From Myxococcota bacterium (lineage in GTDB: Bacteria > Myxococcota_A > Polyangia > Polyangiales > Sandaracinaceae), in the NCBI GenBank assembly GCA_036149055.1, contig JAYZQJ010000082.1, positions 1 through 64,000 on the forward strand: 64,000 nt of DNA, given 5' to 3'. The notes under the pieces were generated by a model that saw nothing but the letters and a program-made list of their open reading frames with translations, searched no databases and had not been told where the DNA came from. This document shows positions 17,701 through 25,525 of the stretch, in pieces; positions within the stretch are counted from its first letter, which is position 1; the number at the start of each line of letters is the position of its first letter. Position numbers and translations under genes: made by a program.

Positions 17701-18517
17701 GCTGGCGCTGGACGGCCTCCTGGAACGCCGCCGCCGCGTCCTCGTCGAGCTCGATGCGCTCCTGCTGCTCGCCGACCGCGAACCAGATCGGGGCCTGCTC
17801 GGAGTCGACGTCGAGGGACTTCCGGTAGGCGCGCACGGCGTCGACCGGCTGGTCGGCGTTGGCGCGGGCGAGGCCGAGCGCGTTGAGCACGTCGGTCCGC
17901 TCCGGCGACAGGTCGTGCGCCTTCTCGAGCGCGTCCGCCGCCTCCGCCCACGCCTCGTTCCGGCTGCGGCTGATGCCGAGGCGGAACCAGAGCTCGGTCT
18001 CCTTCGGGAAGAACGGCGCGGCCCGACCGTAGAGCTCGGCGGCGCGCGCGTGGTCGCCGATCGCGGCGTAGGCGTCGCCCCCCTCGTAGAGCGCCTTGTC
18101 GTGCTCGGGCTCCTGCTCGAGGACCTTCTCGAAGGCCTCGGCCGCGGGGGCGTGCTCGCCGACGAGGTTCTGGCAGTGACCCCGCCAGTACCAGGCGTCG
18201 AAGAGGTCGGGCTTGTGGGTCGTGGCGCCGGCGAAGCCCCGCGCCGCGCCCTCGAGGTCGCCCTTCTCCAGGTAGGCCAGGCCGAGGTGATAGAAGGCGA
18301 CGCCGTAGTCGTCCCGGAGCGACACCGCCTTCTCGAGGTGCTCGATGGCCGGATCCAGCTGCGCCGCGTTCCGGTAGGCCTTCCCGATCATGTACCGCTT
18401 GACCGGGTCGTTCGGAGCCACGAGGAGCGCGGTCTTGAGCACCTCGATCTGCTGCTCGGCTTTTCTCTTCTCCGACGGGTCGCGGTCGAAGGCGTAGCTC
18501 GTCTGCTGCGTGGTCAT
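14705..18517 (-). CDS. Giant tetratricopeptide-repeat protein, 1270 aa
   Basis: Continuous 34-aa A.Y.LG..Y...G....A...F..A...P repeats over essentially the whole length; no signal peptide or catalytic domain seen. Confidence 0.9.
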   Translation of the reverse strand: MTTQQTSYAFDRDPSEKRKAEQQIEVLKTALLVAPNDPVKRYMIGKAYRNAAQLDPAIEHLEKAVSLRDDYGVAFYHLGLAYLEKGDLEGAARGFAGATTHKPDLFDAWYWRGHCQNLVGEHAPAAEAFEKVLEQEPEHDKALYEGGDAYAAIGDHARAAELYGRAAPFFPKETELWFRLGISRSRNEAWAEAADALEKAHDLSPERTDVLNALGLARANADQPVDAVRAYRKSLDVDSEQAPIWFAVGEQQERIELDEDAAAAFQEAVQRQPDDAEAHRRLGEPLHRLGRYDDALDAFEKSLELRGDEIHALDGKGKTLAKLDRHREAVEVLEHATAFDKGYALAFSHLGESYRALGRAEEATKALRHAVRLQPEVAGVHYALGFHHFEHGEHFEAVGPFEKAVERDARMEPAFFHLGESKRHLGEHEDAIDAYKKAIAIHAHRHASHRGLGLSLRALRRHVEALEAFEEAESIDPTAETYLFKGQALASLERHEDAVAAYEKGIRVDAEVPKLFIELARVLRKLDRDEQAEKALGEARVLAPDDLDILRLQGEILRDLGRIDDAIEAVHSALRLRPNDAALHGLLGALQVSVGRHAEALEAFEQAIWIAPEDAELHAELGYALSHMGRMDKAIESLQDCLRYDAYHVEGRFALGKCFQERGNQDDALREYEEVVRRSPDHADAWYCLGQVRLARQEADAAAEAFRQATRVRPDFGAAYTAAGDAYRLQGDLEEAMRALRHAVRLAKEAPEPGVALGKVYLELERPQDAASSFERVIAKHPDHVEAHYGAGLAHVLANDDGKAVASFRQVLDRDGGHLEARRELAAAYRRAGRLQDALEELERAVEVAPEHAEVRRDLGMVLLELGEEDRAQAAFAESLRIDPGRFDAARQLGVLQLEDGEFEEAARTLEGAARHVEDDAELFHELVRAYEATLETDKIESAVRRGLRADPAHPGLLTVQGRMLAEAGDHAQAADAFEKALAKDKELVDAWIGAGRAYMPLDRTLDAVKAFDEAARLSPGNLEAFLELGRARLARDDHELALKAFDAALDIYDGDAPSHRGRGRVLRAMGRHEEAVAAFRRALEEEPGDADALLSLGRSLMDLQKVAEATEAYEQAVSARSESIEAREALGYAYMSAGRYEEAAGALRMAIKNGSTSPTTHYWLGACYHHTGKTDDAVKEYETARGGGVNDLGLLRALGGLYDHAARLDDAAQVYEAILKQVPSDATVRYNAGSCYHRLGQTDRARQQYRMLRPLSASQAEALYRLMLG

Positions 18518-18772
18518 CGGCGCTGCGCCGATGGTAGGCGGCCACGTCTCCGATCGGAAGGGTCATGAGACGTGAGCCTCCACTCGGCGTGACAGGCCGG
18601 AGGGCCGAGCGGGACAGCCGCCGGATCGGCGCGAAAAACGGGGGCCCGCGGTCTCGGCACCGAACCTGAAAAGAAAAAAGACGACCGGCGCCACGCACCG
18701 CCGGGAAGGTCCGCGGCGGCGCCGCGTATCAGCCATCCGTTCTCAACGCAGCATTTTCAAGGAGTCGAGACC

Positions 18773-19510
18773 ATGGGAGCCATCGCAGCCATCCTCATCG
18801 CCGGCGGTATCGTCGCACTCATCGTGGGCGCTTTCCTCAAGTTCAAGGGAGGCAAGCTCATCAAGACCCCGTTCGCCAAGACCGGCGACGCGGCGTCCAA
18901 CCCGTCCGTGGCCGACGCCAAGGGCCGCGTCAGCGTCGAAGGCAACGTCCAGTGCCCGCAGCCGCTCGTCGCCCCGTGCTCCGGCCAGCCCTGCCTCTAC
19001 TACGTGTTGAAGGTCGAGGGCTCCTGGAAGGAGGGCGACAGCACCAAGAGCAAGACCTACCTCGAGGAGAAGATCGCCGCGCCCTTCAGCCTCGACGACG
19101 GCTCCGGCGCCCTTCCGATCGACGCCTCCAAGGGCGGTGACTACGACATGCAGACGTCGTTCAACGAGACGAAGAAGGAGGGCTTCTTCGCCGACCTGAA
19201 GAACGCGGTGGGCAAGAAGGAGCCGATCATGTTCGGCAACTACGCCTTCGAGAACCCGCCGATGAGCAAGGCGAACAAGTTCCAGTGCACCGAGCGCATC
19301 GTCCCGCTCCCCGAGAAGGCCTTCGCCCTCGGCAACCTCGAGCAGGGCGTGCTCACCTCCAAGGGCATGTTCGGCATGATGCTCTCCTCGAAGTCGCGCG
19401 ACGAGATGATCGGCAGCGCGGCCAAGAACTCGAAGATGGCGTTCATCGGCGGCGCTGCGGCCGCCGGTGTCGGCCTGGTCGTCGGAGTGGTCTCCGCTCT
19501 CGTCGGCTAG
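18773..19510 (+). CDS. GIDE/BAM-like domain membrane protein (two TM helices, no RING)
   Basis: N- and C-terminal TM segments; VEG.V....PLVAPCSGQPCLYY, PFSLDDGSG, TERIVP..ALG pattern; AAGGAG RBS. Confidence 0.6.
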   Translation: MGAIAAILIAGGIVALIVGAFLKFKGGKLIKTPFAKTGDAASNPSVADAKGRVSVEGNVQCPQPLVAPCSGQPCLYYVLKVEGSWKEGDSTKSKTYLEEKIAAPFSLDDGSGALPIDASKGGDYDMQTSFNETKKEGFFADLKNAVGKKEPIMFGNYAFENPPMSKANKFQCTERIVPLPEKAFALGNLEQGVLTSKGMFGMMLSSKSRDEMIGSAAKNSKMAFIGGAAAAGVGLVVGVVSALVG

Positions 19511-19528
19511 GTGCTTCCACGTCTCGAA

Positions 19529-19566
19529 GAGGCCCCGGGGCATCCGCCCCGGGGCCTCGCTTTTTT
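19529..19566 (+). terminator. Rho-independent terminator
   Basis: gaggccccgggg-catccg-ccccggggcctc 12-bp stem followed by gc and T6, beginning 19 nt after the stop codon. Confidence 0.8.
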
Positions 19567-19596
19567 GGGGGCCAGCGCGAAGCGTCGGCCCCCAAA

Positions 19597-19630
19597 CCCG
19601 TGCCCCTGCCCGTGCCCGTGCCCCTGCCCG
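19597..19630. repeat. (CCCGTG/CCCCTG)n hexamer microsatellite
   Basis: cccgtgcccctgcccgtgcccgtgcccctgcccg; the same motif occurs at about 28021-28043 and 28402-28424. Confidence 0.65.
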
Positions 19631-19807
19631 AATCCGGAGATCCGACAGCGAAACGACGGGGGAGAGGGAGGTGGGAGGCGAGGAGGAACAGCCAGGCCTG
19701 GCGCCGCCCCGCCCCCAGAACCGAAACCGCGGCACCCAGCCCCACCGTCCCCCCGATCGAGGCATGGCCCCCCACCGCCGAGGCCCTCCGCGCCCGCCCG
19801 AACCTCG

Positions 19808-19824
19808 TTGGCAGCCCCCTTGCT
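19808..19824 (+). promoter_or_regulatory. sigma54 (-24/-12) promoter
   Basis: TTGGCAGCCCCCTTGCT has exact GG-N10-GC spacing and ends 28 nt before the ATG at 19852; AAGGAGG RBS in between. Confidence 0.65.
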
Positions 19825-19851
19825 GTGCCCACCGGCCAAGAAGGAGGAACC

Positions 19852-20133
19852 ATGAAGAAGACCCTGATCATCGGCGCCATCCTCGCCCTCGGCGGCGCGC
19901 TCTCGGCCTGCGACGACCCGGTCGAGGAGCAGCGCGAGGAGATGGAGGAGCGTCGCGAGGAGCGCCAGGAGGCCGCGAGCGAGGCGCTCGAGGAGATGGC
20001 CGAAGGCGCGGGCGAGGCCAACGCGGCCCTGCGCGGCGAGAACGAGATCGTCCAGGAGGTCGAGGGCATGCGCGCCGAGGAGGCGATGGAGGACACCATC
20101 GAGGAGCACGCCGAGGCGATGGAAGAGGAGTGA
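19852..20133 (+). CDS. Small acidic coiled-coil lipoprotein, 93 aa
   Basis: MKKTLIIGAILALGGALSAC lipobox; Glu-rich helix; strong RBS. Confidence 0.8.
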   Translation: MKKTLIIGAILALGGALSACDDPVEEQREEMEERREERQEAASEALEEMAEGAGEANAALRGENEIVQEVEGMRAEEAMEDTIEEHAEAMEEE

Positions 20134-20246
20134 TCGCCCCGACGTGATCACGTCATCGGCGACGTGGCCGCGTCGCGGGGGGCGGTCGGTCGGCGGGGCC
20201 TCTCGCGGTCTGCGACGGCGGCACGAGCGCTGCAGAACGGGCCGCC

Positions 20247-21836
20247 ATGTCCCACGCTGCGCCCCGCACCCGGCTGCTCGTCGCGCTCACGCTCGCGCTC
20301 TCCGCGTGTGACGGCGCCGCCCCGCCCCCGGACGCCGCCGCGCCCCCGGACGCCGCCACTTCTCTCGACGCCAGCGCACGGCCCGACTCGGGGGTGACCA
20401 GGGACTCGGGGACAATCGTGGACGCGAGCCTCCCCGACGCCTCGGCTCACCCGGACGCTGGCGAGCCGGATGCGGGGACCGAGGAGGACGGCGGCCGCTG
20501 CGTCGACGGCGACGGGGACGGCCACGACGACGCGCGCTGCGGCGGCGACGACTGCGACGACACGGACGGCGCGATCCACCCCGGGGCGTCGGAGGTCTGC
20601 GACGGAGTCGACAATGACTGCGACCCCTCGACGCCAGACGGCTCCGGCGCCGCCTGCCCCGCCGAGCCGCACGCCTCCGCGACCTGCTCGGGCGGGGCGT
20701 GCGTGAGCACGTGCGACGCGGGCCGACTCGACTGCGACGCGTCGGCTCCCGGCTGCGAGTCCGACGCCACGTCCGACGACACCTGCGGCTTCTGTGGGGT
20801 CCGCTGCGGCTGGGGGGGCTGCGCGATGGGAGGGTGCGATGACCTCGCCCTCGTCGACCTGCGCGCCGGCGCGGCCTTCTTCTGCGCGCGCGCCGCGGAC
20901 GACAGCCTGTGGTGCTGGGGAGACGTCGCCGCCGCGCCCTACGGCGGGCCCGACGCGCCCACCCAGCGAGCCAGCGGTGTCGCCGCGTTCGACGCGCGCG
21001 TCGTCGACGCCTGCGTGATCGACGCGGCGGGGCTCAGCTGCACCGGCACGACGCCGAGCGTCCCCGGGGCGGTGGAGCTCGGGGTCGGCTACCAGCACGC
21101 CTGCGCGCGAGACGGCGCGGGCGCGGTGCACTGCTGGGGCGCGAACGGGGAAGGTCAGCTCGGCGACGGCACCACCGTCGACCGCGTCAGCGCGGCTCCG
21201 GTCCCCGGCGTGACCGCGAGCGCGATCGACGCGGGGTGGAGGCACAGCTGCGCGATCACCGCGGGAGGCCTCGTGTGTTGGGGCTCGAACGCGAGCGGCG
21301 AGTGCGGGCACGGCGTCGCGAGCCCGTCCGCGGACCCGGCGCCGGTCGTCGGGTTCCCCGCGGGGGTGGGAGTGGCGCAGATCGGGCTGGGCGCGGAGAC
21401 CAGCTGTGCCCGCCTCGTCGACGGCTCGGTCTACTGCTGGGGAGACAACAGCCGCGGCAGCGTCGGCGACGGCACCACCGTGGATCGCAGCCGCGCCACC
21501 GCGGTGGGCGGCGTCTCCGGCGCCACCGAGCTGGCGGTCGGGGCTCGGCACGCGTGCGCCGTCGTGGCCGTTGGCGCGGTGCGCTGCTGGGGGCGCAACC
21601 TCCGGGGCGAGCTCGGGGACGGCAGCAGCCGAGACTCCTCCTCCGCCGTGGACGTCATGGGGCTCCCGGAGCCGGTGGAGCATCTCGCCGCCGACAGCGA
21701 CACCACCTGCGCGGTGGGTCGCAGCGGTCGGGTCTACTGCTGGGGGGGCGACAGGGATGGAGAGCTCGGTGATGGCCCGGCCGGTGGCGGCTCGCGCGTC
21801 GCCGTCGAGACGGTCCGGCCGACGCTCACGCCCTGA
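20247..21836 (+). CDS. RCC1-repeat lipoprotein with putative metal-binding (MopE-like DxDGDG..DCDD..PGAxEVCDGxDNDC) motif
   Basis: Lipobox LSAC; DGDGDGH..DCDDTD..HPGASEVCDGVDNDCD; repeated HAC..G.V.CWG.N..GQLGDG. Confidence 0.85.
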   Translation: MSHAAPRTRLLVALTLALSACDGAAPPPDAAAPPDAATSLDASARPDSGVTRDSGTIVDASLPDASAHPDAGEPDAGTEEDGGRCVDGDGDGHDDARCGGDDCDDTDGAIHPGASEVCDGVDNDCDPSTPDGSGAACPAEPHASATCSGGACVSTCDAGRLDCDASAPGCESDATSDDTCGFCGVRCGWGGCAMGGCDDLALVDLRAGAAFFCARAADDSLWCWGDVAAAPYGGPDAPTQRASGVAAFDARVVDACVIDAAGLSCTGTTPSVPGAVELGVGYQHACARDGAGAVHCWGANGEGQLGDGTTVDRVSAAPVPGVTASAIDAGWRHSCAITAGGLVCWGSNASGECGHGVASPSADPAPVVGFPAGVGVAQIGLGAETSCARLVDGSVYCWGDNSRGSVGDGTTVDRSRATAVGGVSGATELAVGARHACAVVAVGAVRCWGRNLRGELGDGSSRDSSSAVDVMGLPEPVEHLAADSDTTCAVGRSGRVYCWGGDRDGELGDGPAGGGSRVAVETVRPTLTP

Positions 21837-23216
21837 TCAGTCCTCGAGGACGGTGTAGATGGCGCCGTCTCCGCGGCGGACGCGGAGCAGGGCGGAGCCG
21901 TCTTCGAGGGCCGCGGCGATCTGCGCGGGCTCGGTCACCGTCGCGCCGTCGGCGGCGACGACCACGTCACCCGGTCGCAGGCCGGCGCGGTCGGCGTCGC
22001 TGCCCGGGGCGACGCCGTGCACCATCACCCCGGCCCCGCCGAGCCGGCGCTGCTGCGCGGGGCTCAGGCGCGAGAGGCGAAGGCCCTCGGTCGGGCCGGC
22101 CTCGGGCGGCGGCGCGTTCCGGCGCGTCGCGCGCTCGGCGCCCGGCCGCTCCTCGGTCGGCCGCTCCTCGGTCGGCAAGGTGAGCGCGGTCGGTCGGCCC
22201 TCGCGCATCACGGCGAGGCGCACCGGCGTCCCGATGTCCTTGCGCAGGATCGCGCGGAGCAGATCGCGGCTCGCGCCGACGCGCTCACCGTCGACGTCCA
22301 CCACCACGTCCCCCGGACGGAGGCCCGCTCGGGCGGCGGGGCCGCCGGGCACCACGTCGGCGATCAGGGCGCCGACCCGCGCGCGATCCCCGAGCGAGAA
22401 CGCCTGGGCCAGGGCGGGGGTCAGCTCCTGGAACTGCACCCCGATCCACGGGCGCCGGACCCGGCCGTGCGCGATGAGATGCTCGGCGACGCGCTGGGAC
22501 AGCTCCGCGCTGACCGCGAAGCCGATGCCGCTGGCGCGCCCGAGGATCATCGTGTTGATGCCGATCACCCGGCCGTCCAGATCGACGAGCGGCCCGCCGG
22601 AGTTGCCGGGGTTGATGCTCGCGTCGGTCTGCACGAAGTCTTCGATCTCGTTCATGCCGAGCCCGCGCCCGACCGAGCTGACCACGCCCGTCGTCACCGA
22701 GTAGTCGAGGCCGAAGGGCGACCCGATCGCGATCGACCACTGCCCCGGGCGGACCGGCTCGGACGCGAAGCGCGCCACGGGCAGGCCGCGCGCCGCGATG
22801 CGGATCACCGCGAGGTCGGTGGCCGGGTCGACCCCGATCACCTCCGCCGGCGCGCGTCGCCCGTCCTGGAGCTCCACCTCGATGCGCAGCGCGTCTCCGA
22901 CCACGTGGTGGTTGGTCAGCACGTAGCCGTCCTCGCGAATGATGACGCCGGAGCCGTTGCCGCGGCTCGTGGCCTCGCGCCCCTCGGCGCGCGCCTCCAC
23001 CCGGATGGCGACCACCGAGCGCGACACGCGGGCGGCGACCTCGGTGAAGGCGGCCTCGAGCGCGCGCGCCGGCGCGGCGACCTCGGCGCTAGGCTCGGCG
23101 GCGCTCGGCTCGGCGACGCTCGGCTCGGGGGAGGGCTGCTGGGCGAAGACCACGCTGGCCGCGACGGTGCCCACGGCGAGGGCCGCCAGCGGGAGGAGCT
23201 TCGATCGGGACTTCAT
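21837..23216 (-). CDS. HtrA/DegP-family serine protease with two PDZ domains
   Basis: Signal peptide; GSGVII, TNHHVV, TDLAVI, QTDASINPGNSGGPL; two PDZ domains (GLRPGDVV). Confidence 0.92.
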   Translation of the reverse strand: MKSRSKLLPLAALAVGTVAASVVFAQQPSPEPSVAEPSAAEPSAEVAAPARALEAAFTEVAARVSRSVVAIRVEARAEGREATSRGNGSGVIIREDGYVLTNHHVVGDALRIEVELQDGRRAPAEVIGVDPATDLAVIRIAARGLPVARFASEPVRPGQWSIAIGSPFGLDYSVTTGVVSSVGRGLGMNEIEDFVQTDASINPGNSGGPLVDLDGRVIGINTMILGRASGIGFAVSAELSQRVAEHLIAHGRVRRPWIGVQFQELTPALAQAFSLGDRARVGALIADVVPGGPAARAGLRPGDVVVDVDGERVGASRDLLRAILRKDIGTPVRLAVMREGRPTALTLPTEERPTEERPGAERATRRNAPPPEAGPTEGLRLSRLSPAQQRRLGGAGVMVHGVAPGSDADRAGLRPGDVVVAADGATVTEPAQIAAALEDGSALLRVRRGDGAIYTVLED

Positions 23217-23509
23217 GAAGGGACGACTCCAATCGGCGTACGCCGTTGGGGGAAAACGAGCGGGGGTCGCCCGGGAGGCGACGCGCGACCGCGTACCTCA
23301 GGGGTAAGAGCTCCGTGGCGGTCCGTCCAGAGTGGGGATCTTCCACGGGAAATTCGCCACACCGCGCCGGCCGCGGCGCCACGCGTGCGGGGGCGCGGCG
23401 TGACGATGTCCTCCGACACCCCCATACTGGGGATGGTGCGGGTCTGGACGCGGTGGCAAGATCGCTGGCCGAGGGCGGGCCGCGGGGCTATGCGGCCCCT
23501 GGGGGACGC

Positions 23510-24658
23510 GTGAGCTCGACCGCGAACAGACGCACCGACGTGGCGACCGGCGTGAATCCGCCGGCGCACGGCGCGCTCGCGGTGGTGCGGGACCTCCGTG
23601 ACGCCCTGTCCCGGGCCGACGTGGAGGCCGCGCAGCGCCTGCGCTGGCTGGCGCCCCGACCCCCCGGCGAGCGGGACCTGCTCAGCGACATGGCCGCGGC
23701 GGAGGGCGTCGGCCCCGCGGTGGACCGCCTCTCCCGCTTCTGGGCCCAGGCCCACGTCCGTTTCGAGCACGTCCGGGAGATCGACGGGCTCGAGGCCGAG
23801 GTCTACGAGCGGCTGTCCCTCCCGGGGGAGAGCCTGCCGATCGTGTCGCTCGTGCGCCGCGACGCGCCGCACGCGCCGTGGCGGGTGGTCTGCACCAACG
23901 AAGCCCAGGACGAGCGCTTCGTGATCTGGATCTCGGTGCGCGCCGACACGGTCGACGAGGCCGGGCTGACCAAGACGCTCGGCGACGCCGAGGTGCTGAT
24001 GATGGACGACGGCGGGGTGCTCGGGCACTCGACCCGCGGATGGCTCGCCCACGTGCGCGGCCCGTTCGTCCCCAAGCAGTGGCCCGAGGTGCTGCCCGGT
24101 GAGGGCGGGCACGTGATCGAGCTCGCCACCGCGCTCGCCCCCGACGCGATGGAGCGCCGCGAGCAGCTCGCCTGGGTCCTCCGGTCCGCCAGCGGCTTCG
24201 TGCGGGTCCTCGAGGGGCAGGCCGCGATGCTGCCGGGCTCGAGCAAGCTGCTGCTCCCGCAGGCGCTGGCGGCGGCCGCGAGCGGTCAGCTGTCGGCGAT
24301 GCAGGCCTTCCGGTTCTGGGCGCGCATCGAGGAGTCGTCCGGCTGGTTCCACACCCGGGGCCTCGGTCAGCTCGGCCTCCCCGAGGTCGAGGCGCCGGTC
24401 GACCTGCTGCCGTCGCCCGAGCGCACCGCGCAGCTCGCGCAGTGGATGGGCGCGACGCTCCTCGAGAAGACGCCGCTCCCCGCGCTCGGCACCGAGCTGC
24501 TGCTCGGAGAGGACAGCTTCCTCGTCGCGCCGGGCCGCCGCGGGCCGCGTCGCGGCAAGAGCTACGGCCGGTGGGGCGCGATCGGGCTGGTGTCCTCGGA
24601 CCCGCGCTTCATGCGCGGCAGCCGCACCCGCATGCGCGTCCCCGACGGCATGCGCTGA
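23510..24658 (+). CDS. Hypothetical protein with DUF4261-like C-terminus (start codon uncertain)
   Basis: Coding-like from GTG 23510 (GGGGGA upstream); WFHTRGLGQLGLPEVE motif. Confidence 0.55.
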   Translation: MSSTANRRTDVATGVNPPAHGALAVVRDLRDALSRADVEAAQRLRWLAPRPPGERDLLSDMAAAEGVGPAVDRLSRFWAQAHVRFEHVREIDGLEAEVYERLSLPGESLPIVSLVRRDAPHAPWRVVCTNEAQDERFVIWISVRADTVDEAGLTKTLGDAEVLMMDDGGVLGHSTRGWLAHVRGPFVPKQWPEVLPGEGGHVIELATALAPDAMERREQLAWVLRSASGFVRVLEGQAAMLPGSSKLLLPQALAAAASGQLSAMQAFRFWARIEESSGWFHTRGLGQLGLPEVEAPVDLLPSPERTAQLAQWMGATLLEKTPLPALGTELLLGEDSFLVAPGRRGPRRGKSYGRWGAIGLVSSDPRFMRGSRTRMRVPDGMR

Positions 24659-24661
24659 GGG

Positions 24662-25525
24662 TCAGCCCTCCTCGACCTGCTGCTCCTCCACGCGGTGGAA
24701 CTTGGCGAAGTCCATGCGGGTCTTCCCCTCGCCGACGTCCTCCATCACGTCGACGAAGCGGTGCCCCTCGAGGATGTCGTCCGCCCAGTAGAGGTGCCGG
24801 GCGTAGATGGTCTGGCTGAAGGTGCCGTCGAGCCCGGTGAGCGACACCGCCAGCCGCACGTCCTCGCGCTTCATGTCCTCGAGGCTCAGCCCGTGGAGGG
24901 GGCTCGACGCGTCGATCGGGTGGAAGACCTGCCAGCTGAGCATGAAGAACGGCGACGCGCTCCGCTCGAGGGTGAGCGGGTAGAAGCGCCGCAGGCGCGC
25001 GCCCTCCGCGGTGTGAGTGGTGATCAGCGCGTGCACGCTCACGCTCGCCTCGACGACGTCGTTGCCGCGCTCGTTGGCCGCGCGAAAGGTCAGCGTGCGC
25101 ACCCCGTCGCGCGTCTCGATCACGCAGCGATCGCTGAACAGCACCCGGGCGCGCGGCCGGGCGAACTTGGCGAAGACGATGCCGGTCAGCATCGCGATGC
25201 AGAAGAGCGAGGTGAAGGCCTCGAGCGTGACGACGACGTTCGCGTACACGCTGTCCGAGACCATGTAGCCGTAGCCGATGGAGCCGAAGGTCTGGACGCT
25301 GAAGAAGAACGCGTCGAGGTAGCCTTCGACGTTGGCGACCGAGCCGGGGCGCAGCCAGTAGAGAAACGCGAACAGCGCGTTGACGCCGAGGAAGACGACC
25401 GCGGCCAGCTCCATCACCCGCAGCCAGGTGGTGCGGAGCAGGAAGGCGTAGAGATCGCTCAGCGGGCGGCTCCGGTGGCCGACCCGCTCGATGTAGTCCT
25501 CGAGCGGCTTGCGCGGGTTCGTCAC
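24662..25525 (-). CDS. Inward-rectifier potassium channel (KirBac family)
   Basis: DAFFFSVQTFGSIGYG filter region, TGIVFAKFARPRARVLFS, FRAANER, WQVFHPIDASSPLHG; GTG start overlaps the upstream TGA. Confidence 0.9.
   Translation of the reverse strand: MTNPRKPLEDYIERVGHRSRPLSDLYAFLLRTTWLRVMELAAVVFLGVNALFAFLYWLRPGSVANVEGYLDAFFFSVQTFGSIGYGYMVSDSVYANVVVTLEAFTSLFCIAMLTGIVFAKFARPRARVLFSDRCVIETRDGVRTLTFRAANERGNDVVEASVSVHALITTHTAEGARLRRFYPLTLERSASPFFMLSWQVFHPIDASSPLHGLSLEDMKREDVRLAVSLTGLDGTFSQTIYARHLYWADDILEGHRFVDVMEDVGEGKTRMDFAKFHRVEEQQVEEG

Noticed and set aside
2391..18698. Very long antisense or alternate-frame ORFs (e.g. 2391-6413 -, 3008-6289 +, 14688-18698 -, 14792-18568 +)
   Set aside because: These are shadow ORFs expected at this GC content: they are Arg/Pro/Gly-rich and fully overlap genes with clear family motifs.
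5085..23130. Short in-frame tandem duplications (HPAG/HPAE in recB, PTEER x2 and AEPS repeats in htrA)
   Set aside because: They are multiples of 3 within linker regions, consistent with ordinary slippage, with no sign of phase variation.
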